DNA from: an uncultured Candidatus Saccharibacteria bacterium
GTDB taxonomy: Bacteria; Patescibacteriota; Minisyncoccia; Phycocordibacterales; UBA12088
Length of the DNA stretch: 64,000 nucleotides
Assembly (NCBI GenBank): GCA_964411375.1
Contig: CAYPKR010000001.1
Span: 358,629-422,628 of the forward strand
Direction: 5' to 3'
This document shows positions 8,504-18,242 of the stretch, one piece after another. The stretch's first letter is position 1; the number at the start of each line of letters is the position of its first letter. A model generated the notes under the pieces. That model did not search any database and was not told the DNA's origin. It saw nothing but the letters and a program-made list of their open reading frames with translations. A program made the translations under genes and the position numbers.

Positions 8504-9097
8504 CTATTGTAAATTAGTACCCCAATATTGTCTCGATGCAAGTATTGCAATAAATCCGCACCCTATGAATGAATAGATAGGATAGGCTAAGTTATAGGCT
8601 GCGTACGAGGAAACTGCAAGAATCCCGCAGAGTGCGGAAAGGGTGATGAGTGCCCAAGGTAGCAACGCCTCCGACTCGGGCATTCGGTATGTTTTAGTGA
8701 TCGTTGGGATGGTAAAAAATGCATCGCCGATGATTGAAATATAAATTGCAAGTACTGGGTCGTTGGTATACACCCATGCGGCTATTGCCATGATTCCTAT
8801 TAGGAACGCAAGTGTATCAATCCAGTGGTACGCCGTAAGATATTTTTTGTAATAAACCGAGACGCCGAGTGTTAGTAGGCAATTAAAGGTGAATATGGTT
8901 GGAATGACTATCGACCAATCTGCGCCTTTTGAAAACTGCGCAAGAGCCGGAATTGCAGAAAGGAGTGACCAACCTATTTGTGAATAAATATGTGGACGAG
9001 TAGTGCCGTATATAACGCTCCGCAAATAGGGAACCGCCGAAGAAAGCGCAATGCACGTTGCAGCTATTCCGAGTAGTGCGTGGGAATTGATAGGCAT
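8504..9097 (-). CDS. polytopic membrane protein (hypothetical, about 6 TM)
   Basis: 197 aa and hydrophobic throughout. It sits between tRNA-Leu and the second copy of the 44-nt module. Confidence 0.5.
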   Translation of the reverse strand: MPINSHALLGIAATCIALSSAVPYLRSVIYGTTRPHIYSQIGWSLLSAIPALAQFSKGADWSIVIPTIFTFNCLLTLGVSVYYKKYLTAYHWIDTLAFLIGIMAIAAWVYTNDPVLAIYISIIGDAFFTIPTITKTYRMPESEALLPWALITLSALCGILAVSSYAAYNLAYPIYSFIGCGFIAILASRQYWGTNLQ

Positions 9098-9115
9098 TGG
9101 TTTCTTAATTTTAGG

Positions 9116-9320
9116 AATCGGTCACCGATAATTTTGCGTAGCAAAATTTCGTCGACCCCGCCTTACTCATCCATAAGCCAGTCCACGCAGGATCGGTCCT
9201 TACAGGACCAGTATACCGTGCGGATTTTTTCTTCGCCTTCGGCTCGAAAAAAGTCTCGCACGGTTTTCGATTCCCGCACGAACGCTCCCCCGGAGCGTTC
9301 TCGGGCCCCAACTTCGTTGG
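9116..9320 (+). ncRNA. structured non-coding element, copy B (44-nt module + variable hairpins + T-loop copy of tRNA-Cys + CCC-triloop hairpin)
   Basis: 9116-9159 is identical to 8261-8304. There is a GGTCC-TTACA-GGACC hairpin; TTTTCGATTCCCGC is a plus-orientation copy of the tRNA-Cys T-loop/T-stem; and there is a GAACGCTCC-CCC-GGAGCGTTC hairpin. Confidence 0.5.
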
Positions 9321-9392
9321 AGTCCACGGCGGGAATCGAACCCGCGTATAAGGGTTTTGCAGACCCATGCCTTACCACTTGGCCACGTGGAC
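9321..9392 (-). tRNA. tRNA-Cys (anticodon GCA)
   Basis: The reverse complement folds with acceptor GTCCACG/CGTGGAC, anticodon stem TGGGT/ACCCT (a 27-43 U-U pair) with loop CTGCAAA, T-arm GCGGG-TTCGATT-CCCGC and discriminator T. Confidence 0.75.
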
Positions 9393-9397
9393 AATTT

Positions 9398-9715
9398 TTA
9401 TTGCAGTGCCTCGGCGCTGGTATCCGTCATCGGAATATCCGGCGCAATGACAAAATCGATGAAGGGAAGTCCGCGGAGCGCGCTCTTCTCCTTTAAATAT
9501 TCACGAAATTCACTTCGCTTCCGCTTCAAAAAATCAAGCGCTGCAGCTTCGTGATCTTTTGGATACACCGAGCAAAAAATCTTTGCCTGCTTTAAATCTT
9601 CCGAAAGATACACGCCGGTTACGGTTATGAGCGACTGACGATTGGATTCTATATTCACAAATGTCGCAGCAAGATGCTGAAGCTCTTCCCTCGTGCGTGC
9701 AGTACTGTCCTCCAT
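9398..9715 (-). CDS. rbfA: ribosome-binding factor A
   Basis: 105 aa carrying the RbfA core ITVTGVYLSEDLKQAKIFCSVY. It lies immediately downstream of infB, the conserved infB-rbfA order. Confidence 0.75.
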   Translation of the reverse strand: MEDSTARTREELQHLAATFVNIESNRQSLITVTGVYLSEDLKQAKIFCSVYPKDHEAAALDFLKRKRSEFREYLKEKSALRGLPFIDFVIAPDIPMTDTSAEALQ

Positions 9716-9724
9716 AAAACTATC

Positions 9725-11227
9725 TTATTTAACGACAATAATAAAGCACTGCAGAGTGTCCCCCGGAGCGATCAAGGTTTTTGATTCGACTTCCGCACCA
9801 AACTCTCCCGATTCAACCGATTTTGTTGGTGCTTTCTGTTGTTGGAGTCCAATGATTACTCCGTCTCCTATAATCTCGCCACGACGATCAATTGAGAATC
9901 GATCTTTGATTTTTAACACACCGTTTTCTGCTTTGCCGCCGATGATTTGCTTGTCCTTGTTGGTGCTAAATACTTTAAGTACTTTTGCGCTGCCAGTTTC
10001 ATCCCTTCCTTCTTTTTTCGGTCGGCGGGTTTCGAGTTTTTCTTCGAGCCATTCGGCAAGGCGATAGATGATATCGAAAAGACCGATGTCGATACCGTTT
10101 CGTCGCGCGGACTCTTCTGCCGCACTATCCACTTTCACATTGAACCCAACGATGAGTCCTTGTTTGCCAAAGCCGATCGATTGCGCATCATTTTCGCTGA
10201 TTGTCCCAATGCCTTCCGAAATGATCTTACAGCGCACACCTTCCATGTGAATTTTTCCGATCTCGTGTTTGATCGCGTCGATCGCACCTGCTGCGTCCGC
10301 CTTGATTACAACCGGCACGATAAATGTATCCTGATCTTCCGCTTCTGGAGCGACCGTGCCTTTTCCACTTCGACGGAATTCATCCGCAATGGCTTCCGCT
10401 TCTTTTTTGCTCCCCACTGTTTGGAAATGAGCCCCCGTTTCGGGAACTTCAGAAAAACCAATTATTTGAATGGGGCTTGAAAACATTGCTTCGGTGATAC
10501 TCCGTCCCGCAAAATCTTGCATAATGCGAGTCGGTGCAAACGCGCTTCCTGCGACAACAAATTGTCCGCTCCGGAGCGTACCGTCTTTTAGGATGAGTGT
10601 TGCGGAAATTCCTTTTTTCGGATCGCGTGATGCTTCAATGATGAAACCGCTCGCGTCCGCGTCCGGGTTTCCTTTGAGTTCACCAAGTTCGGAAAGTAAG
10701 AGAAGAACATCGAGCAGATCTTCAACGCCGTCGCCGGTTTTTGATGAGAGGGGAACATACGGCACATCACCACCAAGTCCTTCGAGGTAAATTTCATTTT
10801 CAATCAACGAGCTTTTTGCCCGCTCTATATTTGCTCCACTCTTGTCGATTTTGGTGAGCGCGACTACAAACGGCGTTCCTTGCGAGCGGATCGCATTCAT
10901 TGCTTCTATTGTCTGCGCTTTTACACCGTCTTCTGCGGATACGACCAAAATGGCAATATCGGCGACTTCAAGCCCTTGCGAGCGCATTCTCGAGAATGCT
11001 TCGTGTCCGGGCGTATCGAGAAAAGTGATTTTCTTTTTTTCTCCCTCCTTTGTTTCGTGGAGAACTTCATACGCCGAAAGCCGCTGAGTGATGCCGCCTG
11101 CTTCCGAGTCAACGACCCGCGTTTTTCGGATGTAGTCCAAAAGGGTTGATTTGCCATGATCAATATGCCCAAGGATTGCGACAACCGGGGGACGAGTATT
11201 CTTTTGTTCAGGAGTAGAGGTGGACAT
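9725..11227 (-). CDS. infB: translation initiation factor IF-2 (short form starting at the G domain)
   Basis: 500 aa with G1 AILGHIDHGKSTLLD, a DTPGHEAF switch, NKID and the IF-2 C-terminal domains (GFNVKVD..., IIYRLAEWL). Confidence 0.85.
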   Translation of the reverse strand: MSTSTPEQKNTRPPVVAILGHIDHGKSTLLDYIRKTRVVDSEAGGITQRLSAYEVLHETKEGEKKKITFLDTPGHEAFSRMRSQGLEVADIAILVVSAEDGVKAQTIEAMNAIRSQGTPFVVALTKIDKSGANIERAKSSLIENEIYLEGLGGDVPYVPLSSKTGDGVEDLLDVLLLLSELGELKGNPDADASGFIIEASRDPKKGISATLILKDGTLRSGQFVVAGSAFAPTRIMQDFAGRSITEAMFSSPIQIIGFSEVPETGAHFQTVGSKKEAEAIADEFRRSGKGTVAPEAEDQDTFIVPVVIKADAAGAIDAIKHEIGKIHMEGVRCKIISEGIGTISENDAQSIGFGKQGLIVGFNVKVDSAAEESARRNGIDIGLFDIIYRLAEWLEEKLETRRPKKEGRDETGSAKVLKVFSTNKDKQIIGGKAENGVLKIKDRFSIDRRGEIIGDGVIIGLQQQKAPTKSVESGEFGAEVESKTLIAPGDTLQCFIIVVK

Positions 11228-11309
11228 AGGACTTTTTTGAAATGCAAAAATAACTGCTTTCTGATGCTATCTCTTTTACCGCTCTTTGGCTACCCCGAGC
11301 TATTTCCTG

Positions 11310-11813
11310 TTATTTCTTTGCCGATTCAAGACGTGCCTTGAGCCGCTCCGCCGCCTCATTCTCTTCATCGGTCAGATCGTACGTCGAAGCAAAATGGTGG
11401 AGCGGTTTCGAATAGACACTTACTCGATCTCTCGAGTGAAGACCCGTTATGACAAATCCGTCTCCCTCTTCGCTCGCTGCCGCAACCGAAAAACTTTGGT
11501 TGCCGCCCGATCCATCTCCCTTGAACGGATGGAATCTGATTACTTCACTTCCTTGGAGAGAGCGGCGAAGACGCTTTTCGACGCCTTCGAGATAGATTTC
11601 CAAATCTTTTCGAAATGTCGCTTCTTTTGAATATTGTTCGGCGATAGTGCGAAGCATTGCTTCCAAGTTTTTCTCTGGACTCCCACGAAGTAGGCGAGAA
11701 ATGCGCCACTCGAGATGGATTACCCAAAAGAGCAATATCAATATCGCGGCAATAAGAAAAAGCGCGCCGATTACCGACGGAGTTTTCAGGGTTTCGATTG
11801 AGAGTGCCTGCAT
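11310..11813 (-). CDS. single-TM protein, DUF4446-like
   Basis: 167 aa with an N-terminal TM helix then RFHPFKGDGSGGNQSFSVAAASEEGDGFVITGLHSRDRVSVYSKPL, which resembles the DUF4446 core. Assigned from memory of the family. Confidence 0.35.
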   Translation of the reverse strand: MQALSIETLKTPSVIGALFLIAAILILLFWVIHLEWRISRLLRGSPEKNLEAMLRTIAEQYSKEATFRKDLEIYLEGVEKRLRRSLQGSEVIRFHPFKGDGSGGNQSFSVAAASEEGDGFVITGLHSRDRVSVYSKPLHHFASTYDLTDEENEAAERLKARLESAKK

Positions 11814-11895
11814 GACGATTTTCAGTATACCGTGAGTCGGGGTTCATTCGAAATTCACTTTCCAAAAACGGATTGTACGGTACAATCGAAAAGTT

Positions 11896-13080
11896 ATGGC
11901 AGAAGAAAGCAAGTCTCGAATATATCTCGACCATGCCGCATCTACTCCGGTTTTGCCGGAAGTGATGGACAGGATGGCACCATATTGGAATGATGTCTTT
12001 GCGAACGCGGGAGCGATTCATTCGGATGGAGTCAAAGCAAAGCAGGCTTTGGAGGATGCACGCGAAGTATGCGCAAAATCGCTTGGGGTCAAGTCGAGCG
12101 ATATTATTTTTACTTCCGGCGGAACCGAAGGAAACAACCTTGCAATTTTCGGACTTGCAGAATCCTTGCTCGACAGCGGACTCGCCTATGGCGATATGCA
12201 TTTCATAACGGGCGCGATCGAGCACGCATCGGTGCTTGATTGTTTTAAAGTACTTGAGAAAAAAGGTGCGAGCTTTACGATCGTACCGGTTGGCGAAGAA
12301 GGACTCATCTATCCAGAAGATGTTGCCGCGGCAATCACAGAAAAGACGGTGCTTGTTTCAATAATGTATGCAAATTCCGAAATCGGCACCATCCAGCCGA
12401 TTCGTGATATTAGCGAAGCGATCAAAAAGAAAATCGCTGGATCGGCGCAGAAAATATATTTTCATACCGACGCATGCCAAGCGCCCGTGTATCTTTCGTG
12501 CCACGCAGATACACTCGGCGTTGATTTGATGACTATCGATGCACAAAAACTCTACGGACCAAAAGGATCTGGTGCGTTGTATATAAAACAGGGGACGCCG
12601 ATTGCGCCAATTATGCGTGGCGGAAACCAAGAAAGAAATTTGCGTCCCGGTACACCAGTCGTCATGCTCGCTGTGGGACTTGCAGAAGCGTTGAAAATCG
12701 CAGATCTGAATCGAACAGAAGAAAGCGAGCGTGTACTTGAACTCCGTGACTATTTTATCGATGAGGTTCTCAAAGAAATTCCAACTGCCCACGTAAATGG
12801 TTCTCGCAAAAATCGACTTCCAAACAATGCAAATTTTTCATTTCCTGGGAAGCTGGCAGAAATGATCGTGCTCGGTCTTGATCAGAAGGGAATTTCTGCA
12901 TCAACAAGAAGCGCGTGTCACATTAATGAAAAAGGCGGTTCGCATGTCGTACGCGCACTCGGACTTGGGGAAGATTATGCAACAAGCGCAGTCCGCTTCT
13001 CGCTCGGACGATCAACAACGAAAGAAATGATTGATGCGACTGTTGCAGCGCTGAAAGAGACTATTGACAAAAATAAATAA
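11896..13080 (+). CDS. cysteine desulfurase (class-V aminotransferase, IscS/NifS-like)
   Basis: 394 aa with LDHAASTP, a PLP-lysine region DAQKLYGPKGSGALYIK, and an active-site Cys loop STRSACHINEKG. Confidence 0.8.
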   Translation: MAEESKSRIYLDHAASTPVLPEVMDRMAPYWNDVFANAGAIHSDGVKAKQALEDAREVCAKSLGVKSSDIIFTSGGTEGNNLAIFGLAESLLDSGLAYGDMHFITGAIEHASVLDCFKVLEKKGASFTIVPVGEEGLIYPEDVAAAITEKTVLVSIMYANSEIGTIQPIRDISEAIKKKIAGSAQKIYFHTDACQAPVYLSCHADTLGVDLMTIDAQKLYGPKGSGALYIKQGTPIAPIMRGGNQERNLRPGTPVVMLAVGLAEALKIADLNRTEESERVLELRDYFIDEVLKEIPTAHVNGSRKNRLPNNANFSFPGKLAEMIVLGLDQKGISASTRSACHINEKGGSHVVRALGLGEDYATSAVRFSLGRSTTKEMIDATVAALKETIDKNK

Positions 13081-13103
13081 TTAGTGTAAAAAATTAGGAG
13101 CTT

Positions 13104-13490
13104 TTGGGCATGGAGCCCGTACGTAGATACGAGGAGGAATCTTCAGTGCAGACGCAAGGAACTCTCGAGAGGTGCGCAGAGAGTGCAGTTCGTCAGTTTT
13201 TGAACGATCAAGTTGGAACGCTTTTGATCGGCGTAAAGAGGAAAACGCCAATCAGTTTCATCGTCTACTGGTTTGCGAATGATCCGACAACCGGTCGCGA
13301 AGCTCGCGGTTTGGTGATGTGTGATCGAGACGGAACATACCTTCTTGTATTAAAGCGTACGTATTTTCCGGACACACGCACCTGGATACAATACGACACA
13401 GCGACAAAACAAATGTCAGCTTATACTCACGCAAGGGGTAGAATCAGCGGTGATCGCGCTTTCCAATATGCTGTATCAGCAGCGGCATGA
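13104..13490 (+). CDS. hypothetical protein
   Basis: 128-aa ORF followed by a clean terminator (13503-13538). No recognizable motif. Confidence 0.35.
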   Translation: MGMEPVRRYEEESSVQTQGTLERCAESAVRQFLNDQVGTLLIGVKRKTPISFIVYWFANDPTTGREARGLVMCDRDGTYLLVLKRTYFPDTRTWIQYDTATKQMSAYTHARGRISGDRAFQYAVSAAA

Positions 13491-13502
13491 GCCGCTCCAT
13501 TT

Positions 13503-13538
13503 CGACCAGCCGCAAGTGGCTGGTCGAATTCTTTTTTG
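13503..13538 (+). terminator. rho-independent terminator
   Basis: CGACCAGCCGCAAGTGGCTGGTCG stem-loop followed by AATTCTTTTTT. Confidence 0.6.
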
Positions 13539-13683
13539 GCTTTCTTTACGAAAGCTCTTTTTTATGATTTTATAGTGATACCAACCGCATCTCCCGAGAC
13601 GCTATCGATACGAAACCCTGAAACGCGTCCGCACGGGAGGCAGTGTTTGGTACAATATATTTTGTAACGACGATACAAAGGGC

Positions 13684-14544
13684 ATGAATCTTGAGGATTT
13701 GTCAAAAACACAGTTGGTATTACTCACCCTCTTGGTGAGTTTTATCACCTCGATCGCAACCGGTATCATGGCGGTCGCGCTTTTGACATCGCAAAATCAG
13801 CAGAGTCCGATTACGCGCACGATCAACAACGTTATCGAGCACACGATTGAAAAAGTCGTGCCGAGCGATACAAAAACAAAAGAGGCGCCTGCGGTAACGA
13901 GCCAAGATCAGATTACTAATGCGATTGCGGGGGCGAGCAAATCAATCGTTCGCATCTACACGACCCTTGATCCAACCGCATCAACCACTAACATTTCAGA
14001 AAAAGGCGTGTTCCATGGAATCGGGGTACTTGTTTCAAGTGATGGACTCTTCCTTGTTCCAGATTCACTTGCAATCAAGGGACGCACATACACAGTTGAA
14101 ACGGGAAATGGTATCCAAACTCCCGCAACGATTGTTGCAGAAGGAAGAGGGGATGTTGCGCTTATGAAGATGACTCTCGCAACTAACACACCCACTCTAT
14201 CAAGTGCAACGCTCGGCACACCAGCCTCGCTCAAACTTGGTCAGACAGTGGTTGGAGTTGGCGGAGAATCGCGCACATCGGTATCGGTCGGAACTATTTC
14301 GAGTCTCGTATCAGGAGAAGGAGATAGTATCAAAGCGATCGAAGCTGAAACTGCCGGAGTTTCCACGCTCGGAAGCGTCCTCATTTCATCTTCTGGATTG
14401 GCGCTCGGACTTTACTTACCAGATTCAAAAACATATGCGCCGATTTCTTCTGATCTGGTAAAAAGCTTGCAGAAACCCGTAACAGAAAAGCCGCAAGGAA
14501 CGTCATCACAAGCAGCGAGCGGCAGTACGGCCAACACCCCATAA
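13684..14544 (+). CDS. membrane-anchored trypsin-like (S1/HtrA-fold) domain protein, probably catalytically inactive
   Basis: 286 aa with an N-terminal TM helix and HtrA-like strands (SIVRIYTT..., GDVALMKM ~ DIALLKI) but no GNSGG/GDSG serine motif. A TGGTACAAT extended -10 sits about 30 nt upstream. Confidence 0.4.
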   Translation: MNLEDLSKTQLVLLTLLVSFITSIATGIMAVALLTSQNQQSPITRTINNVIEHTIEKVVPSDTKTKEAPAVTSQDQITNAIAGASKSIVRIYTTLDPTASTTNISEKGVFHGIGVLVSSDGLFLVPDSLAIKGRTYTVETGNGIQTPATIVAEGRGDVALMKMTLATNTPTLSSATLGTPASLKLGQTVVGVGGESRTSVSVGTISSLVSGEGDSIKAIEAETAGVSTLGSVLISSSGLALGLYLPDSKTYAPISSDLVKSLQKPVTEKPQGTSSQAASGSTANTP

Positions 14545-14564
14545 ATTCCGAATTATTTGCTTAC

Positions 14565-17270
14565 TTGTCTAAATCTACTCACATGACTCCATTCAATAAT
14601 TTCACAACCAAGGCGAAGGAAGCGGTACGAAAAGCCCACGAACTTGCTATTGAACGCGGACAAAATCACGTCAATCCGCTCCATCTTCTAACCGCACTCA
14701 TCCTGCAGGAAGAAAATACTGTCTTTTCTATACTCGAGCGACTCGACGTCGATACGGTACTTTTGACTGACACACTCCTTGAAGCACTTGAAGCGCCGGA
14801 AGGATCATCAGTGCTCTCACCTTCATATCAGCTCTACCTCACGCCAGAACTTGCACACGTACTTGAAAATTCTGCACGCATTGCGTCAGCACTTGGCGAT
14901 CAGTTTGTTTCTACCGAACATCTTTTCATCGCTATTCTTGATAATCCGGGCCCAGCGCGCGAAGTAATCGCTCGTTTCCGATTTGATCGGAATTCTGTCA
15001 TCAGAATTATTCAGGAACTCAAGGCAAACAATGTTACTGATGTCGCACAACCAAAGAAATTTAAAGCCCTCGCAAAATTTACGCGTAATCTAACGGCGCT
15101 TGCCGCTGACAACAAACTCGATCCAGTCATCGGTCGTGATGGTGAAATCACCCGCGTCATTCAGATCCTTTCTCGTCGAACCAAAAATAATCCGATTTTG
15201 ATCGGTGAGGCGGGTGTTGGAAAAACCGCAATCGCCGAAGGTCTCGCAAATCGTATCGCATCAGGTGACGCACCAGAATCGCTTCGCGGAAAGGAACTTG
15301 TTGCGCTCGACTTAGGGCTTCTCATTGCGGGTACGAAATATCGCGGCGAATTTGAAGAGCGTCTCAAAAACATTATGAAAGAAGTTGAGAAGGCGGATGG
15401 GAAAGTCATCCTCTTTATCGACGAGCTTCATACGATCGTTGGTGCGGGTGCAGCAGATGGCGCGATGGATGCGTCAAACATGCTGAAGCCAGCGCTTGCG
15501 CGCGGAGAACTTCGGGTTATCGGTGCAACGACGCTTGCTGAATATCAAAAGCACATCGAAAAAGATGCAGCGCTCACGCGTCGCTTCCAGCCGGTCATTG
15601 TAAATGAACCGTCGATCGAAGATGCGGTCGCGATTCTTCGTGGACTTCGTGAAAAGTACGAAGTCTTCCATGGCGTTCGAATTACCGATGAAGCAATCGT
15701 TGCGGCAGTTAATCTTTCTTCCCGCTATATCACTGATCGATTCTTGCCGGACAAGGCGATCGATTTGATTGACGAATCTGCGTCAGCACTCCGTATCTCG
15801 CTTGAAAATAAACCGGCGGCTCTCGAAGATGCACACCGCAAAATAATGCGCCTCGAAGTCGAGAAGGAAGCGCTTTCAAAAGACTTGGAAATTCACGAAG
15901 GTCGTGATACCAAGGCGCGCATCAAACAAATTGAAAAAGAAATCGCCGATCTTCGCGAGAAGACTGCCGACCTCGAACTTCGATGGAGCAACGAAAAGGA
16001 AGTGCTCTCTGATATCAAGGCGCTCAAAAAACAACTTGAAACGCTTCGAAATGAAGCAGAAAACGCGGAAGCAGTTGCTGATCTTTCTCGTGCTGCCGAA
16101 GTACGCTATGGAAAAATTCCGGCACTTGAGCGCGATCTCGATCAGAAGGTCAAAAAATTAAAGCGATTCCAGCAGACGCGCCGTGTGCTGAAAGAAGAGA
16201 TTATGGAAGAGGATATTGCAGCAGTTGTTGCGCGCTGGACGGGTGTTCCGGTTTCTCGAATGCTCGAAGAAGAAGCACAGAAGCTTTCTCGTATGGAAGA
16301 TTCGCTGAAAGATCGAATCGTGGGACAAGATGATGCAATTACGAAGGTTGCCGCTGCGGTGAAGCGATCTCGTGCAGGCATTGCTGATCCAAATCGTCCA
16401 ATCGGTTCGTTCCTCTTCCTCGGTCCAACGGGAGTTGGTAAAACGGAACTCTCAAAGGCGCTCGCTGAATTCATGTTTGATGACGAGAAATCGCTCATTC
16501 GAGTCGACATGTCCGAATACATGGAACGCCACGCAGTGTCCAAGCTCATCGGTGCGCCTCCAGGATATGTTGGATTTGAAGAAGGCGGATCTTTGACCGA
16601 ACTCGTTCGTCATCGTCCGTACTCGGTTTTGCTCTTCGACGAAATTGAAAAAGCGCATCCCGAAGTCTTCAACATTCTGCTTCAAGTTCTCGACAGCGGT
16701 CATTTGACCGATTCAAAGGGACGCAAAGTGAACTTCAAAAATACAATCATCATTTTGACTTCGAACATTGGTTCGCAATACATCGATCGCATGACGCAGA
16801 TCGGATTCTCGAAAGATAATGGTAACGAGGCGGTGCAGTACGAAATGACAAAGGACAAGGTGATGGATTCGCTCAAAGAATTCTTCCGCCCTGAATTCCT
16901 CAATCGTCTTGATGAAATCATCATCTTCAATATGCTCTCCGAGGACGCGATTAAGAATATTGTCGCGATGCAGGTGAAGTTGGTCGCTGATCGCTTGCTC
17001 CAAAAGGGAATCACGCTCACGCTCACTGATGCCGTCTATGCGCATCTCGCAAAAACTGGATACGATCCGCACTACGGTGCCCGTCCACTGAAGCGCTTGA
17101 TTCAAAACAAGATTTTGACCCCGGTCGCCTCGATGATGATCTCCGAAGGACTGCTTGGGGGTGGCTCGGTTGTCGTCGACATGAAGGGGACGGAATTCGC
17201 ATTCGATGTGAAGAAAAAGAAGGGAACCGTTCGTCGGGCTTCAAAGAAAGAGGAGAAGGTGTTGGTATAG
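14565..17270 (+). CDS. clpB: ATP-dependent chaperone ClpB
   Basis: 901 aa with Clp-N repeats, D1 Walker [16 protein letters not shown], a long coiled-coil M-domain, D2 Walker [16 protein letters not shown], Walker [11 protein letters not shown] and sensor GARPLKR. Confidence 0.85.
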   Translation: MSKSTHMTPFNNFTTKAKEAVRKAHELAIERGQNHVNPLHLLTALILQEENTVFSILERLDVDTVLLTDTLLEALEAPEGSSVLSPSYQLYLTPELAHVLENSARIASALGDQFVSTEHLFIAILDNPGPAREVIARFRFDRNSVIRIIQELKANNVTDVAQPKKFKALAKFTRNLTALAADNKLDPVIGRDGEITRVIQILSRRTKNNPILIGEAGVGKTAIAEGLANRIASGDAPESLRGKELVALDLGLLIAGTKYRGEFEERLKNIMKEVEKADGKVILFIDELHTIVGAGAADGAMDASNMLKPALARGELRVIGATTLAEYQKHIEKDAALTRRFQPVIVNEPSIEDAVAILRGLREKYEVFHGVRITDEAIVAAVNLSSRYITDRFLPDKAIDLIDESASALRISLENKPAALEDAHRKIMRLEVEKEALSKDLEIHEGRDTKARIKQIEKEIADLREKTADLELRWSNEKEVLSDIKALKKQLETLRNEAENAEAVADLSRAAEVRYGKIPALERDLDQKVKKLKRFQQTRRVLKEEIMEEDIAAVVARWTGVPVSRMLEEEAQKLSRMEDSLKDRIVGQDDAITKVAAAVKRSRAGIADPNRPIGSFLFLGPTGVGKTELSKALAEFMFDDEKSLIRVDMSEYMERHAVSKLIGAPPGYVGFEEGGSLTELVRHRPYSVLLFDEIEKAHPEVFNILLQVLDSGHLTDSKGRKVNFKNTIIILTSNIGSQYIDRMTQIGFSKDNGNEAVQYEMTKDKVMDSLKEFFRPEFLNRLDEIIIFNMLSEDAIKNIVAMQVKLVADRLLQKGITLTLTDAVYAHLAKTGYDPHYGARPLKRLIQNKILTPVASMMISEGLLGGGSVVVDMKGTEFAFDVKKKKGTVRRASKKEEKVLV

Positions 17271-17280
17271 TAATTTAATC

Positions 17281-17326
17281 GAGCGGAGAATCCGGTGCGA
17301 AGCGGTTCGCACCGGATTCTCCGCTC
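17281..17326. terminator. 21-bp perfect palindrome (clpB terminator)
   Basis: GAGCGGAGAATCCGGTGCGAA-GCG-GTTCGCACCGGATTCTCCGCTC. Confidence 0.6.
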
Positions 17327-17343
17327 GATTGTTGTATGAAAAC

Positions 17344-17371
17344 AAAAAATCCCTGTGAGGGGATTTTTTGG
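17344..17371. repeat. AAAAAATCCC-N6-GGGATTTTTT palindrome (family member 1)
   Basis: Perfect 10-bp stem. Same-family hairpins lie at 18243-18272 and 22570-22617. Confidence 0.6.
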
Positions 17372-17382
17372 TAAAGTTCGAA

Positions 17383-18066
17383 TTAATTTTTGGAAGATTC
17401 GGGTTTATTCGTTTTCTTCTTTTGATCAGCCATTGCCCTTACATTCTCCAGACGTTGCTGTCGTTCATAACGTGTCACATACCAATCCTCAACTAAATTC
17501 TCTATGAGACCTATAAGTAATTGCGCCTCGTTTGGATCAATTTCGATAATTACATTTACGTCCTTTTCCATGTGTGCACCGATATTCCCTACGGAACGTA
17601 CAGCGTCAATAGCGTCCCAAGTATCAATATTCACCTGATCTTTTATGGCTTCAATCTCATTTTTTAACATTCCTGATTCTACTTTCCAGAAATCTCGAAT
17701 CATTCCTTGCAGAGCACGCCTAGCAAGGGTAGCCGAAGCTTTCGGACTTAGATCTCTAATTCTGCAGGCTTCGTAGTAATCCTCTTTGATAGCAACTGGT
17801 ATGTATTCTGGCAATACTTTGGCCGAAGACTCTGGAAGCAGTTGCCAGGTTTGAGTAGTAGGCCCCTCTTCCCCCTGCACTAATCTTGTGAGTCTCGTTT
17901 TTAAATAAAGCTCGTGGCACATAGGATTGGGACATCGTACAGCAAAAAAACCAACGCCCACAGCACCCTTTTTCGTAGCATTGATATAGACACTTCTCCA
18001 GTGATTAAAGCTGTCATTTCCCACAATGGTGGAGTGGTGACCACAGTATGGACATGTGTAATTCAT
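17383..18066 (-). CDS. Zn-ribbon + DUF4145 domain protein (defence-island-associated family)
   Basis: N-terminal CPYCGHH...CPNPMC ribbon and C-terminal ...AVRSVGNIGAHMEKDVNVIIEIDPNEAQLLIGLIENLVEDWYV, matching the R-x2-GN-x-GAH core of DUF4145. The start is taken at ATG 18066 (GAGGG RBS), because the upstream GTG-extended frame to 18207 overlaps the tRNA-Tyr-associated hairpin region. Confidence 0.5.
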   Translation of the reverse strand: MNYTCPYCGHHSTIVGNDSFNHWRSVYINATKKGAVGVGFFAVRCPNPMCHELYLKTRLTRLVQGEEGPTTQTWQLLPESSAKVLPEYIPVAIKEDYYEACRIRDLSPKASATLARRALQGMIRDFWKVESGMLKNEIEAIKDQVNIDTWDAIDAVRSVGNIGAHMEKDVNVIIEIDPNEAQLLIGLIENLVEDWYVTRYERQQRLENVRAMADQKKKTNKPESSKN

Positions 18067-18191
18067 AATACCCTCAATATATTCCTCTCTTCTTTGTATG
18101 TCCAAAATATTTTGAGAGGGAGTTTCGACCCCTACAGGGTCAGTCCAGGTTGTATGATCTTTTCTTCCTTCGGTCGAAAAGCTCGACAACC

Positions 18192-18242
18192 TTTTCGAAT
18201 CCCTCACGAAAGTTCCCCCGGAGCTTTCTCTGTGCCACCAAA
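18192..18242 (+). ncRNA. inverted pseudo-copy of the tRNA-Tyr 3' half with a CCC-triloop hairpin insert
   Basis: TTCGAATCCCTC is a plus-orientation copy of the tRNA-Tyr T-loop/T-stem, followed by the GAAAGTTCC-CCC-GGAGCTTTC hairpin and GTGCCACCA, which resembles the acceptor 3'-CCA. Confidence 0.45.

Noticed and set aside
9100-9320. Possible tmRNA (ssrA) or other known ncRNA in the 220-nt non-coding stretch upstream of tRNA-Cys (GGGGTCGACG... on the minus strand; T-loop-like TTCGATTCC on the plus strand)
   Set aside because: No tag-peptide reading frame ending in an ALAA-like sequence; no paired 5' GGGG / 3' CCA acceptor; and the T-loop-like string is in the wrong orientation for either strand to close a tRNA-like domain. 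It is better explained as a member of the tRNA-trailer repeat family.
15161-17244. Multiple antisense ORFs inside clpB (15161-15409, 16142-16549, 16700-17105 and others) and inside the second Clp gene (38444-39855)
   Set aside because: These are shadow ORFs on the opposite strand of strongly supported long genes.
17383-18207. Full-length 274-aa reading of the DUF4145 ORF starting at GTG 18207
   Set aside because: The first 47 codons overlap the tRNA-Tyr-associated T-loop copy and CCC hairpin. An internal ATG at 18066 with a GAGGG RBS begins exactly at the Zn-ribbon, so the shorter gene is preferred.
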